In this document: positions 1 to 9,341 of the stretch, one piece after another | How the letters are laid out: every line of letters starts with the position of its first letter | How positions within the stretch are numbered: the stretch's first letter is position 1 | Assembly (NCBI GenBank): GCA_034670305.1 | Contig: JAXMNT010000061.1 | Coordinates: 1-41,126, forward strand | DNA from: Deltaproteobacteria bacterium | GTDB lineage: Bacteria; Myxococcota_A; Polyangia; Polyangiales; Houyiibacteriaceae | DNA length: 41,126 nucleotides | Direction: 5' to 3' | Translations under genes and position numbers: made by a program | The notes under the pieces: generated by a model | What the model was told of the DNA's origin: nothing | Seen by the model: the letters and a program-made list of their open reading frames with translations, nothing else | The model's database searches: none

Positions 1-61
1 GTCCGCTGGGCATCGCGCTCCGATTCGCGCCTCGCCGTCGCGAAACACACGGCGTCCACGA

Positions 62-125
62 CGCGGGCAAGGGCACGGGCAAGGGCAACGGCAAGGGAGC
101 AGGTCGCTTTTCAGCGACCTGCTAG
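62..125 (-). repeat. CTAG-hairpin-hexamer intergenic element, copy A
   Basis: Minus strand reads CT-AGCAGGTCGCT-GAAA-AGCGACCTGCT (perfect 11-bp stem, 98-123), then CCCTTG CCGTTG CCCTTG CCCGTG CCCTTG CCCGCG. Homologous to 41003-41084. Confidence 0.8.
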
Positions 126-159
126 TGAACTGGGGGTCGGTTGGAGCGCTCGCTCTCCT

Positions 160-1860
160 GTGGAGGCGGTGGTAACGACGGGCGTGACCCTCCCAGACTT
201 TGGCCTCTTCGAAGCGGTCGTCCAAGTGCTCGTCCAACAGGGTGGCGCGCACGCTCGCATCGCAGAACTCTCCCGCACCGCCGCGGTGTTCACGATGCAT
301 GGCCGCTACGACGTCGCGGTGCTGCGGCGGCCGATCGAAGACGAAGCGTTCAAGGCGCACCTCGAGAAGGTGATGAAAGCGCCCAAGCCGCGCCCACTGC
401 ACCTGGTGGTGGTGGGCGGCGGACCAGAGCTGCCCGAGCTCGTCGATGGGGCGCGTCCCCACTTCATGTCGAAGGCCATCGGCACCTGGAGCATCCAGGA
501 CGACGGTACCGTCCACGCGAAGAAGCCGCTCATGATGGCGAAGCTCGTCGACCTCGATGCGCCCGGCCTCCAGGCGAAGCTCGCGGCGTTCTCGCGAGAT
601 CCGGCCGAACTCGAGCGCGGCTGGAGCGCGCTCCGTTCCGAGCGAAGCGAAGATCTGGCCGAGGTGGCCGCCGAAGGCGCCGAGCTGCGCGGGTTCGCGG
701 CGGATCTGAAGAAGCGCAAGCCCATCGCCACGTTTGCGTTCGCGGGCCTCATCGCCGCGACCTTCGTGCTCCAGCTCGTCGTGGGCATGGACGTGCCGCC
801 GCAGTTCATGCGGCTTGGCGCGCTCTCGGGTGCCCACGTGCTCGAAGGCGACTTCTACCGCCTGCTCTCCTGCACGCTCCTGCATGGCGGCTTCATGCAC
901 GTGGCCTTCAACCTCTACGTGCTGGTGGTCCTCGGCGTGTTTCTCGAGCGCCTCATCGGCCCCGCCCGCCTCGTCCTCCTCTACGTGGTCTCCGCGTTCG
1001 CGGGCAGCGTGGGCAGCGCCCTCCTTCTAGAAGGGAGCTTCAGCGTCGGCGCGTCGGGCGCGGTGTGGGGCTTTCTCGGCGCACACGCCGCCCTCTCGTT
1101 CGGGCCCGGCGGGCTGCTCCCCAAAGCCATGATCCAGAGCGCGCGCCGCGCCACGATGATCAACCTCGGCATCAACGTGCTCAACTCGTTCCGGCCCAAC
1201 GTCGATCTGTTCGCGCACTTCGCTGGTGGCGCCGCCGGTGCGCTGCTCTTCGCACTCCTGCTGACCCGCGGGGTGCCGCGGCTCGGCAAAGAAGGCGCAC
1301 CCGCCACCCTGCCCGAGAAGATCCCGACGCCGGGGCTCGTCTGGGGACTGGCGGCAATCGCGTTCTTGCTCTTGCCCGCGTCCCTCGCGATGGCTGTGCT
1401 GCAAGGCAAACCCTTCGAACTCCAGACCGCGCCCGCGTTCGCCGACACCACCCTGCAAGAAGTCGGGGTCACGCTCGCGCTTCCGGTCGGGCTGCCGCAA
1501 GCGGCCTTCGAGGAGGGCGAGTACGCGTTCGGCGACATGCTCACCGACCCGATGGTGATCGGCGTGTTCGTGCTCGAGACCCCACCGCTCGGTCCCGAGC
1601 AGTTGGCCGCGGAGATGGCCGGCCTGCGCGAAGGGCTCGCGCCACCGGAAGCCGCGACGGTTCGGACAGCCCCACGCGACATCGAGGACGGCGGCGACAT
1701 CGGCCTCGTGGCCACCTACGACTACCCAAGCGGACTCGTCTTCGAACGCGCGTTCGTGTTTCGCACGACCCGCCTCGTTCGGGTGGAAGCCTACCGCTGG
1801 CCGGGCCTCGCCGCTGCGCCGCCAGACACCGCCGAACAGATCGCCCGCACCAGCCGATAG
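160..1860 (+). CDS. Rhomboid family intramembrane serine protease with N- and C-terminal extensions
   Basis: Motifs LHGGFMHVAFN, catalytic GASG and AHFAG. Several hydrophobic helices. GC-rich third codon positions. Confidence 0.9.
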   Translation: MEAVVTTGVTLPDFGLFEAVVQVLVQQGGAHARIAELSRTAAVFTMHGRYDVAVLRRPIEDEAFKAHLEKVMKAPKPRPLHLVVVGGGPELPELVDGARPHFMSKAIGTWSIQDDGTVHAKKPLMMAKLVDLDAPGLQAKLAAFSRDPAELERGWSALRSERSEDLAEVAAEGAELRGFAADLKKRKPIATFAFAGLIAATFVLQLVVGMDVPPQFMRLGALSGAHVLEGDFYRLLSCTLLHGGFMHVAFNLYVLVVLGVFLERLIGPARLVLLYVVSAFAGSVGSALLLEGSFSVGASGAVWGFLGAHAALSFGPGGLLPKAMIQSARRATMINLGINVLNSFRPNVDLFAHFAGGAAGALLFALLLTRGVPRLGKEGAPATLPEKIPTPGLVWGLAAIAFLLLPASLAMAVLQGKPFELQTAPAFADTTLQEVGVTLALPVGLPQAAFEEGEYAFGDMLTDPMVIGVFVLETPPLGPEQLAAEMAGLREGLAPPEAATVRTAPRDIEDGGDIGLVATYDYPSGLVFERAFVFRTTRLVRVEAYRWPGLAAAPPDTAEQIARTSR

Positions 1861-1868
1861 CGCCGGCG

Positions 1869-4800
1869 TCAGCTTCCAAGGGCGACGAACTCGAGCACCG
1901 GGGTGCCCGCTTCGCGACTGGCCTCCAGGTTCACTTTCAGATCGAGCTTCCAGTCGTCGTGTTCTTCGGGGTCGGCGAGGGTCTGAACGATGGTCCAAAC
2001 CTCTTTGCCCTGTTGGATCTGCATGCGCTTGGGAGAGCGCGCGACCGGGTCGACGAGCAGCATCGCGTGCTCCTCCCAGTACGGCGCCATCGATTCTTTG
2101 AGCACGGCCGACTCGGCGCCTTCCATCTGCTCGGCGGCGCGCGCGTAGCCTCGCCGCGCGAGCGCCTGCACCACGCGCCAGACCGCGTTTCGGATCGCGA
2201 CGGTGAAGGTGCGCGGGTCGCGGGTGATGTCTCGGTTCTCGTCTTCGGCCGCGAACTTCGCGTCGCGCTCGGCGAGTTTCTTCGCGGCCTCGACCGGATC
2301 CTTCATCTCCTCCCACTCGTCGAGCAAGCTCGAGTCCACCCGGCGCACGATGCCGCCAAGCCACTCGAGGATGTCGTACACCTCTTCGGTCTTGGCCGCG
2401 TCGGGCACGTTCTGGGAGAGCGCTTTGTACGCGCCGCTGAGGTACCGCAACAGCACCCCTTCACTGCGCTTGAGCCCGTACTCCTTCACGTACTCGTTGA
2501 AGGTCATGCCGCGTTCGTAGAGTTCCCGCGCGACGCTCTTGAGCCGCACGTTGTCGCTCGGCTCGACCCACGGATGTTGCTCTCGGAACAGATCGAACGT
2601 CGCGTACAGGAAGTCCGCGTTCGGCTTCGGCCGCTCGACGAACTCGAGCTGCTTCATGCGCGCGTCGTAGTCCATCCCCTCCGCCTTCATCTGATTGATC
2701 GCGCGCCCTTTCAACACATCGAGCTGTCGAAACAGAACCACCCGCGGATCTTCCAGAATCGCCTCGATGATCGTCAGCACATCGAGCGCATAGTCCCGCG
2801 GATTGGGCACAAGCGAAGGCTCCGATGCGCCATCAGAGTCGGAGTCGGAGTCGGAGTCGGAGTCGGCATCGGCATCGGCATCGGATTCGGAGTCGGAGTC
2901 GGCATCGGCATCGGCATCGGATTCGGCGTCGGGTTCGGCGTCGGCATCGGCTTCGGCGTCGGCTTCGGCTTCGGCATCGGCTTCGGCTTCGGCTTCGGCA
3001 TCGGCATCGGCGTCGGCTTCGGCGTCGGCGTCGGATTCGGCGTCGGCGTCGGCTTCGGCTTCGGAATCGGGAGCTGTAGCTGTAGCTGTAGCTGTAGCTG
3101 TAGCTGTAGCTGTAGCTGTATCTGTATCTGTAGCTGTCTCTGCCGCTGCCTCTGCCGCTGTCTCTGCCCCTGCCCCTGCCTCTGCCTCCGCCCCCACCTC
3201 CGCCGCCAACCCCGCCAACCCCGCAAACGCGGCCGCGACCATCGGCGCCGACTCGTACGCCTTCTTCTCCACCCTCGGCGCGGGCGATTCCGCCACCGCC
3301 TTCTCCACCTTCTTCGCGATCCTCGGCGGGTCCGCGAGCGACGCGATCGCCTCGACCGCGTACAAGCTCAGCGCTCGGTTCAGCGAGAAGTCCTCTTGCA
3401 GGTCCACCGCGACGCGCGCGCCGAACGGACCAAGCTCCAGCACCCCCGCGTCACGCAAGGAACGCATCATGTGAAGCGCGCGGCGCCCGTGGCGGAACTT
3501 GTGTTTCTGCGCTTCGTGGCTTCGTTCGATCAACCCACGAAGCCCATGGCAGCCGGCCTTGGGCGCCGCGTCTTCGCGCTGCCGCGAGAGCACCGAGAGC
3601 ACGATGGACTGGGTGATCTCGAACCGGCTCACCAGCCGCTCTGGTTCGGATTCGATGAGCTTCTGGAAGGTGTCCGCGTCCCAGTGCGCATACCCGCGGT
3701 CGGGCGGCTTCTTCGCCTTGAGCTTGCGCATCTTCTTCGCGTCGCCTTCGACCTTGCGGCGCGCCTGCAGGTTCTCGATGGCGTGCGCCGGTGCTTGCGC
3801 GACCACACTGCCGCGGTCGTCGAACCCTTTGCGTCCGGCGCGTCCCGCGATCTGTTGGAAGTCGCGCACCGTGAGCACCCCGGTCTTCACTCCGTCGTAC
3901 TTGCAGAGCTGCGTGAACAGCACCGTTCGAATCGGCACGTTCACGCCGACGCCCAGGGTGTCGGTGCCGCAGATCACCTTGAGCAGACCCTGCTGCGCGA
4001 GCCGTTCCACGACCCGCCGGTACTTCGGCAGCAATCCCGCGTGGTGCACACCGACCCCGTGCGGCAGCCACCGCTTGAGGTCCTTGCCGAACGGGCTGTC
4101 GAACCGTGTGCCGCGGATCTCATCTTTGATGTGCTGCTTCTCCTCCTTGGAGAGGAAGTCGATGCTCATCATCGACTGCGCCCGTTCGGTCGCGTCGCGC
4201 TGCGTGAAGTGCACCAAGTAGATCGGCGTCAGCCCGGCTTCGAGCAAGTCGGTGATCGTTTCGGTGAGCGGCGTCTCGCGGTACTCGTAGTCGAGCGGGA
4301 CCGGACGGTCCTTCGTCTGGACGAGCGCCACCTCGGCCCCAGTGCGTTTTTCGAGTTCGGTCTGAAAGAACGTCGTGTCGCCGAGGGTGGCGCTCATCAG
4401 CAAGAAACGCGCGTGGGGGATCTCGAGGAGCGGGATCTGCCAGGCGACGCCACGTTCCCGCTCGGAGTAGAAATGGAACTCGTCCATCACCACGCAGTCG
4501 ACGTCGGCCCGGGCGCCCTCCCGCAGCGCGAGGTTGGCCAAGATCTCCGCGGTCGCGCACACCACCGGCGCGTCCGCGTTCACCGTCGCGTCGCCCGTCA
4601 GAAGACCCACGTTCTCCGGCCCGAGCACCCGGCACAGATCGAAGAACTTCTCGTTCACGAGCGCTTTGATCGGTGCGGTCCAGAACGCGACCTTTTGTTC
4701 CGCGAGCGCTTTGAAACACATCGCGAGCGCCACCATCGACTTGCCGCTGCCGGTCGGTGTCGCGAGGATCACGTTCTTGTCGGCGAAGATCTCGAGGATC

Positions 4801-4928
4801 GCTTCTTCCTGCGCGGGGTACAGCGACACGCCGAGCTCTTCGACCCACGCCAAGAGCCCGTCGAGGAGCACGTCGGCGTCGACGTTCGCGCCGGGCTTCG
4901 GAAGAAACTTCTCGAGCGATGCACTCAT
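1869..4928 (-). CDS. DEAD/DEAH-box Ski2-like helicase (DUF3516-type C-terminus) with a low-complexity insertion
   Basis: Walker [43 protein letters not shown]. Confidence 0.93.
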   Translation of the reverse strand: MSASLEKFLPKPGANVDADVLLDGLLAWVEELGVSLYPAQEEAILEIFADKNVILATPTGSGKSMVALAMCFKALAEQKVAFWTAPIKALVNEKFFDLCRVLGPENVGLLTGDATVNADAPVVCATAEILANLALREGARADVDCVVMDEFHFYSERERGVAWQIPLLEIPHARFLLMSATLGDTTFFQTELEKRTGAEVALVQTKDRPVPLDYEYRETPLTETITDLLEAGLTPIYLVHFTQRDATERAQSMMSIDFLSKEEKQHIKDEIRGTRFDSPFGKDLKRWLPHGVGVHHAGLLPKYRRVVERLAQQGLLKVICGTDTLGVGVNVPIRTVLFTQLCKYDGVKTGVLTVRDFQQIAGRAGRKGFDDRGSVVAQAPAHAIENLQARRKVEGDAKKMRKLKAKKPPDRGYAHWDADTFQKLIESEPERLVSRFEITQSIVLSVLSRQREDAAPKAGCHGLRGLIERSHEAQKHKFRHGRRALHMMRSLRDAGVLELGPFGARVAVDLQEDFSLNRALSLYAVEAIASLADPPRIAKKVEKAVAESPAPRVEKKAYESAPMVAAAFAGLAGLAAEVGAEAEAGAGAETAAEAAAETATDTDTATATATATATATATAPDSEAEADADAESDADAEADADADAEAEAEADAEAEADAEADADAEPDAESDADADADSDSESDADADADSDSDSDSDSDGASEPSLVPNPRDYALDVLTIIEAILEDPRVVLFRQLDVLKGRAINQMKAEGMDYDARMKQLEFVERPKPNADFLYATFDLFREQHPWVEPSDNVRLKSVARELYERGMTFNEYVKEYGLKRSEGVLLRYLSGAYKALSQNVPDAAKTEEVYDILEWLGGIVRRVDSSLLDEWEEMKDPVEAAKKLAERDAKFAAEDENRDITRDPRTFTVAIRNAVWRVVQALARRGYARAAEQMEGAESAVLKESMAPYWEEHAMLLVDPVARSPKRMQIQQGKEVWTIVQTLADPEEHDDWKLDLKVNLEASREAGTPVLEFVALGS
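2839..3137. repeat. In-frame hexamer arrays inside the helicase gene
   Basis: 39 TCGGNN units (2839-3072), then (GCTGTA)8 (3073-3120) and TCTGTA x2. They encode EA/DA/DS and TA dipeptide runs. Confidence 0.95.
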
Positions 4929-4937
4929 GGTGGGCCG

Positions 4938-5348
4938 CTATGGGACACAGCGCCCATCGACACAACGGGGCATCGCGTCGCCGCATGCGGGCTGCGCAGG
5001 CGCTGCCCGTACATCGACCACCACCGCATCGTCGGGCCCGAGCGCCGGAAGCGAGACGACTGTGCATCCGCGGCCGACGACCACGCATCGGGCATCGTGC
5101 GCGACGATCGAGAATCCGTAGGTGCCGTCCGGATCGAGAATGGGTGGGGTGGGCGCGACGCCGCCGCGTGCGAACTCGGCTTCGAAGGTTTCCGGGCCAT
5201 CGCAGGTGTCTTCGTGAATGCTGGCCCGCAACCGCTCCACATCGACGAGCCCGGAGGCCAGTCGGAAATCCCAGGCGACGTCGGTGACTTCACCGCACGA
5301 GGCGCTGAGCACGCCGGAGACCAAGGCCACCACCCACACGCCGCGCAT
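4938..5348 (-). CDS. Putative Cys-rich lipoprotein
   Basis: MRGVWVVALVSGVLSASC signal/lipobox. ATG overlaps the upstream TGA (TGATG at 5346-5350). Several Cys. Confidence 0.7.
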   Translation of the reverse strand: MRGVWVVALVSGVLSASCGEVTDVAWDFRLASGLVDVERLRASIHEDTCDGPETFEAEFARGGVAPTPPILDPDGTYGFSIVAHDARCVVVGRGCTVVSLPALGPDDAVVVDVRAAPAQPACGDAMPRCVDGRCVP

Positions 5349-6178
5349 CAGCGGATCTCCCGCGGTGGCGACGGGCGCACGCCACCCGCCTCCGCCCGCA
5401 CCGCCAGCGTCGCGGACAACACGACGAGAAACACGAGCGCCGCGCCGATGCCGAGACCGAGCTTCCAGCCGTTGTTGCTGCGCAGTCCCCCCCGGCGGTC
5501 GAAGCGTTCCTCTTCCAACCCGCCGCCGGGACGGGCGACTCGGCGCGTCTCCCCGACCAGAAGACGCCGGCCCGAGAAGCCGATCGCCACCGCGCGGAAC
5601 TCGAGCACCTGCGACTCGGTGTCTGGCAAGAAGAGCTGCCGGGACTCGGTCTCGTGGAGGTGCCAGCCTTCTGTGTCGCGGACTTCGACCTGGGTGTCCT
5701 GCACGAGCGAGCCGCTGTCGCCGCGCACCGAGAGCGTGATGCGCCAACCGTCCGAAGACGGCACCGCGTTCGCGTCGATCTGGAGTGGCTGCGCGCCTTC
5801 CCGGAGTGCGTCGAGTCGGCGCCGCAGCGAAGGCGGTGCCTGCGGCCCAAGCTGCGCGTCGGGGTCGATGCTCAAGAGCGCGCGCAGGTCGCTGTCGGCC
5901 CGGTCGCGCTGGCCGAACGCATGCGCGACCACGGCGCGCTCGGCGAGCAGGATCCGCAGGTCCTCGACGTCGAGTCCACGACGGTAGAGCGCGTCGTACG
6001 CGTCGAGCGCCTGCTCGAGCCGCGCGTCGTGAAAGGCGGTCCGCGCCGCTTCGAAGCCGGGGTCGGACTGAGCGATGGTCGGCGCGCTCCAAAGCAGCAG
6101 AACCCCCGCGACGAGTGCCGGAAGGAGCGGTGTTTCGACCAGACGGCACCGTTGGTCGGCGGATCGCATACCCAGCAT
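5348..6178 (-). CDS. Secreted TPR-like protein with C-terminal TM helix
   Basis: Signal-like segment, helical repeat region (FEAARTAFHDARLEQALDAY...LLSIDPDAQL), C-terminal hydrophobic helix. Start uncertain (6178 or 6169). Confidence 0.7.
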   Translation of the reverse strand: MLGMRSADQRCRLVETPLLPALVAGVLLLWSAPTIAQSDPGFEAARTAFHDARLEQALDAYDALYRRGLDVEDLRILLAERAVVAHAFGQRDRADSDLRALLSIDPDAQLGPQAPPSLRRRLDALREGAQPLQIDANAVPSSDGWRITLSVRGDSGSLVQDTQVEVRDTEGWHLHETESRQLFLPDTESQVLEFRAVAIGFSGRRLLVGETRRVARPGGGLEEERFDRRGGLRSNNGWKLGLGIGAALVFLVVLSATLAVRAEAGGVRPSPPREIR

Positions 6179-6182
6179 GGGT

Positions 6183-7529
6183 TCAGCGAATGCCGTGGCG
6201 GCGCAGGAGCCGGTGCAGGTAGGCGCGGTCGATGCCGGCTGCGCGCGCCGCCTGCGAGACGTTGTCCTGGTGGTACTCGACGAGCGCCTGAAGGTACTGC
6301 CGTTCGAAGATGCCGATCGCCCGCTGGCGCGCATCCGCGTAACTGAGGGTCGGATCGACCTGCAGGCTGCCCCCATCGCTCTGGGCCGCGCCGCCGAGCG
6401 GCAGCGTCTCTTGGAGCACGAGGCACCGCTCGAGGTGGTTGCGGAGCTCGCGCACGTTGCCCGGCCACGCCGACTGCTCGAGCCGTCGCAAGAACGCAGG
6501 CGCCAACAGTTTCTCCTCGGTCTCTTCGTCCGCGCCGAGCTGCTTGAGGAACGCGCGGGCCAGCACGGGAATGTCGCCGTGTCGTTCACGCAGCGGCGGC
6601 AGCTCCACCTTGATCACGGCCAGCCGGTAGTAGAGGTCGGAACGAAAGCGGCCTTCGTTGACCTCCTGTCGCAGGCGGCGGTTGGTCGCGGCCACGACGC
6701 GCACGTCGACGTGTTTGCGCTCGGAGTTGCCGAGTCGGCGAATGGTCCGCTGCTCCAAGACGCGCAAGAGCTTCGGCTGAAGCTCCGGCGGGAGCTCGCC
6801 AAGCTCGTCCAGAAACACCGTGCCTCCGTCGGCCGCTTCGAACGCGCCGATGCGGGTGGCGACGGCGCCCGTGAACGAGCCCTTCTCGTGACCGAAGAGC
6901 TCGCTCTCGAGCAGGTTGCCCGGGATCGCGCCGCAGTCGACCACCACGAACGGGCCTTCGGCGCGACCGGAAGCTTCGTGGATCGCCTCGGCGGTGACTT
7001 CTTTGCCGGTGCCGGTCTCGCCCTCCAGCAACACGGTCGAGTCGGTCTTGCTGATCTTCTCGAGCACCGCGAACACAGTGCGCATGGTGAGCGAGCGCCC
7101 CAGCATCGGCCCGAACCGCTCGCGCTGAGAGACGGCGATGGCCGCGCGCTCGGGCACCAGATGAAACCGAAGCGTCGCGTGGCCGAGCTGCAGCGTCGTG
7201 CCCTCTTTCAACCAGGCCTGCTGCACCCGGACGCCGTCGACGAGGGTGCCGTTGCGCGACTCGAGATCGAGGATGCGCGCGCCGCTCTCGTCGGCCTTCA
7301 CTTCGCAGTGAAAACGCGAGACCGTCTTGTCCTTGATCACGATCTGGTTGGAGGCGTGCGAGCCGATCGAGCAGCTGGTGCCATGGGACTGCCAGACTTC
7401 CCCTGGAGGCGTGATGCGCTCGATCGCGAACCGGGTGACTTCGTAGGAGCCGGGGACTTCGTCGACGAAGCGGGCGACCTCTGTCTGCGTGCTCGTGTCT
7501 TCCTTGGCCAAGGACCGAGAGCCTAACAC
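6183..7529 (-). CDS. FHA-domain sigma54-dependent transcriptional activator (FHA-AAA+-Fis HTH)
   Basis: FHA (IGS...VSRFH...SRNGT), [40 protein letters not shown]-terminal [13 protein letters not shown]. Start may be TTG at 7511. Confidence 0.95.
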   Translation of the reverse strand: MLGSRSLAKEDTSTQTEVARFVDEVPGSYEVTRFAIERITPPGEVWQSHGTSCSIGSHASNQIVIKDKTVSRFHCEVKADESGARILDLESRNGTLVDGVRVQQAWLKEGTTLQLGHATLRFHLVPERAAIAVSQRERFGPMLGRSLTMRTVFAVLEKISKTDSTVLLEGETGTGKEVTAEAIHEASGRAEGPFVVVDCGAIPGNLLESELFGHEKGSFTGAVATRIGAFEAADGGTVFLDELGELPPELQPKLLRVLEQRTIRRLGNSERKHVDVRVVAATNRRLRQEVNEGRFRSDLYYRLAVIKVELPPLRERHGDIPVLARAFLKQLGADEETEEKLLAPAFLRRLEQSAWPGNVRELRNHLERCLVLQETLPLGGAAQSDGGSLQVDPTLSYADARQRAIGIFERQYLQALVEYHQDNVSQAARAAGIDRAYLHRLLRRHGIR

Positions 7530-7612
7530 TTGGTGCGCCCAAGCGGAGCGTCCACGCGACGCCGGGCGGCCCCGGCGGACGGGCCGGCTCAGATGCCTGC
7601 TAACCTCCGGCC

Positions 7613-9244
7613 GTGGCCTCTCCGATCAAGCCGCGACCCTTCGGGCCGTACCGGTTGATCGCGCGCATCGCGTCGGGGGGCATGGGCACGGTCTACCTGG
7701 CGGAACAGGACTGCGAACCCACGCTCGTGGCGGTCAAACGCATCCACGAGCACATGGCGGAGATCCCGCGGTTCCGCCGCATGTTCGCCGACGAGACCCG
7801 CATCGCGGCACGCATCGACCACCCGAACGTGTGCGGCGTGCTCGCGTTTGGAGAGATCGACGACACCCCCTACCTCGCGATGCCGTTCCTGCGGGGACGG
7901 CCGCTCTCCCAGGTGATGAAGAAGCTCCGGGAGAAGGGCCCGTCGCGGGAGAACGCGATGATGATGGCGCGCATCGCGGTCGATGTGTGCGCGGGGCTGC
8001 ACGCGGCCCACGAACTCTCCGGCCCCGACGGCAACCTCGAGGTCGTGCATCGAGACGTGTCGCCCCACAACCTCTTCGTCGGATTCGACGGCGTCACCCG
8101 GCTGCTCGACTTCGGGGTCGCTTCGGCGCGGGAGAAGCTCGCGAGCACCGCGAGCGGGGAAGTGAAAGGCAAGCTCGGGTACATGGCGCCGGAGAACCTC
8201 GACGGCATCGGGATCGATCGGCGGGCCGATGTGTGGTCGCTCGGCGTGGTGCTCTGGGAGTCGATCGCCGGAGAGAAGTTGTTCGACTCCGAGTCGATGG
8301 GCGAGGTGGTCAAAGCGATCCTGCAGGACCCGATCCCAAGTTTGAGCGACTACTCGATGGAGGTACCGCTCGGTCTGGAAGAAGTGATCTTCCGGGCCTT
8401 GGCCCGCAACCGCGACGCCCGGTACGCGAGCGCAGCCACCATGCGCGAAGACTTGCTGGTCATGTTCGAGGACGAGGGCACCCAGCCCGAGCACGAAGAG
8501 ATCGCGATCTGGATGGCCGCCCTGTTCCCCTCCGGCGAACGAGAGACGGGCGAGCTGGTGCGCGCGGCGGTGGCGCGCGACCGGGACGACACGCCCGTGG
8601 AACCGTTCGTGGCCTCCGCGGACAGCGAAGCGGGAGACACGACGAACCGCTCGTTCGGTGGGTCGTTCATGCCCAAACACAAGCGGTGGTGGATGCCTTG
8701 GGCGCTCGCCAGTGCGTCGGTTGCCGCGCTCGTCGCATTCAGTGTGGTCCGAGGCCGGACCCCGGAACCCACGCCGGTCGCTCGGTCCAATCCGCCGGTG
8801 ACGGCCACGGCGGACGCGGGCGGCTACCAGTTCGAGTTGCCTCCCGAGCCCACGCCGGAGGTCGGCGCGATCGTCGTGGAGGCGACGGTCGACATGGCTT
8901 CGGAATCCGAAGCCGGCACTTCGGAATCCGAAGCCGGCACCGAGGTTCCCGAAGCCAGCACCGTGCAAACCGACGAACCTTCGATGCGACGCGTGCCCCG
9001 GATGCGTCCGCGCGCGATGTCGATGGAAGCCGTTGGCGAGGGCACCCTTCACGTGGTGACCCCCGGAGGTTGGGGCATCGTGCGCTGGCGGGGCCGCACC
9101 CTTGGAGAAGCGCCAGGCTCGTTTCGATTGCCGAGCGGCAGCCACCGGATCGAGGTGCGGCCGTTCGGTCGAGGACCAGCCATCTCGCGTCGGGTTTCGA
9201 TTCGGCCCGCCCGCACGGCCCGGGTGTCGGTGTCCGTCCGATGA
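7613..9244 (+). CDS. Membrane Ser/Thr protein kinase with PEGA-like C-terminal domain
   Basis: GGMGTVY, VAVK, HRDVSPHN, DFG, GKLGYMAPE. TM helix (WWMPWALASASVAALVAFSVV). C-terminal GEAPGSFRLPSGSHRIEV. Confidence 0.93.
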   Translation: MASPIKPRPFGPYRLIARIASGGMGTVYLAEQDCEPTLVAVKRIHEHMAEIPRFRRMFADETRIAARIDHPNVCGVLAFGEIDDTPYLAMPFLRGRPLSQVMKKLREKGPSRENAMMMARIAVDVCAGLHAAHELSGPDGNLEVVHRDVSPHNLFVGFDGVTRLLDFGVASAREKLASTASGEVKGKLGYMAPENLDGIGIDRRADVWSLGVVLWESIAGEKLFDSESMGEVVKAILQDPIPSLSDYSMEVPLGLEEVIFRALARNRDARYASAATMREDLLVMFEDEGTQPEHEEIAIWMAALFPSGERETGELVRAAVARDRDDTPVEPFVASADSEAGDTTNRSFGGSFMPKHKRWWMPWALASASVAALVAFSVVRGRTPEPTPVARSNPPVTATADAGGYQFELPPEPTPEVGAIVVEATVDMASESEAGTSESEAGTEVPEASTVQTDEPSMRRVPRMRPRAMSMEAVGEGTLHVVTPGGWGIVRWRGRTLGEAPGSFRLPSGSHRIEVRPFGRGPAISRRVSIRPARTARVSVSVR

Positions 9245-9341
9245 GCACAAACCCGATGGATCGCGAAGTCACTCGAAAAGATCGTCCCAAACATGTCGGA
9301 CAATTGGCGATCGGCGGGCCAATCGGCGACGATCGCGTCGC

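Noticed and set aside
2839-3137. Repeat arrays (also 12083-12410 and 36972-37277) as CRISPR
   Set aside because: Period 6, no unique spacers, in frame within CDSs, and no cas genes in the window.
141-5987. 1948-aa plus-strand ORF and many other long overlapping ORFs
   Set aside because: Shadow or antisense frames of real genes. Stop codons are scarce in high-GC DNA, and these translations have no recognisable motifs.
7530-7612. Sigma54 -24/-12 promoter between the activator and the kinase (also checked 28075-28086)
   Set aside because: GG-to-GC spacing is 9 and 8 nt in the candidates, not the required 10.
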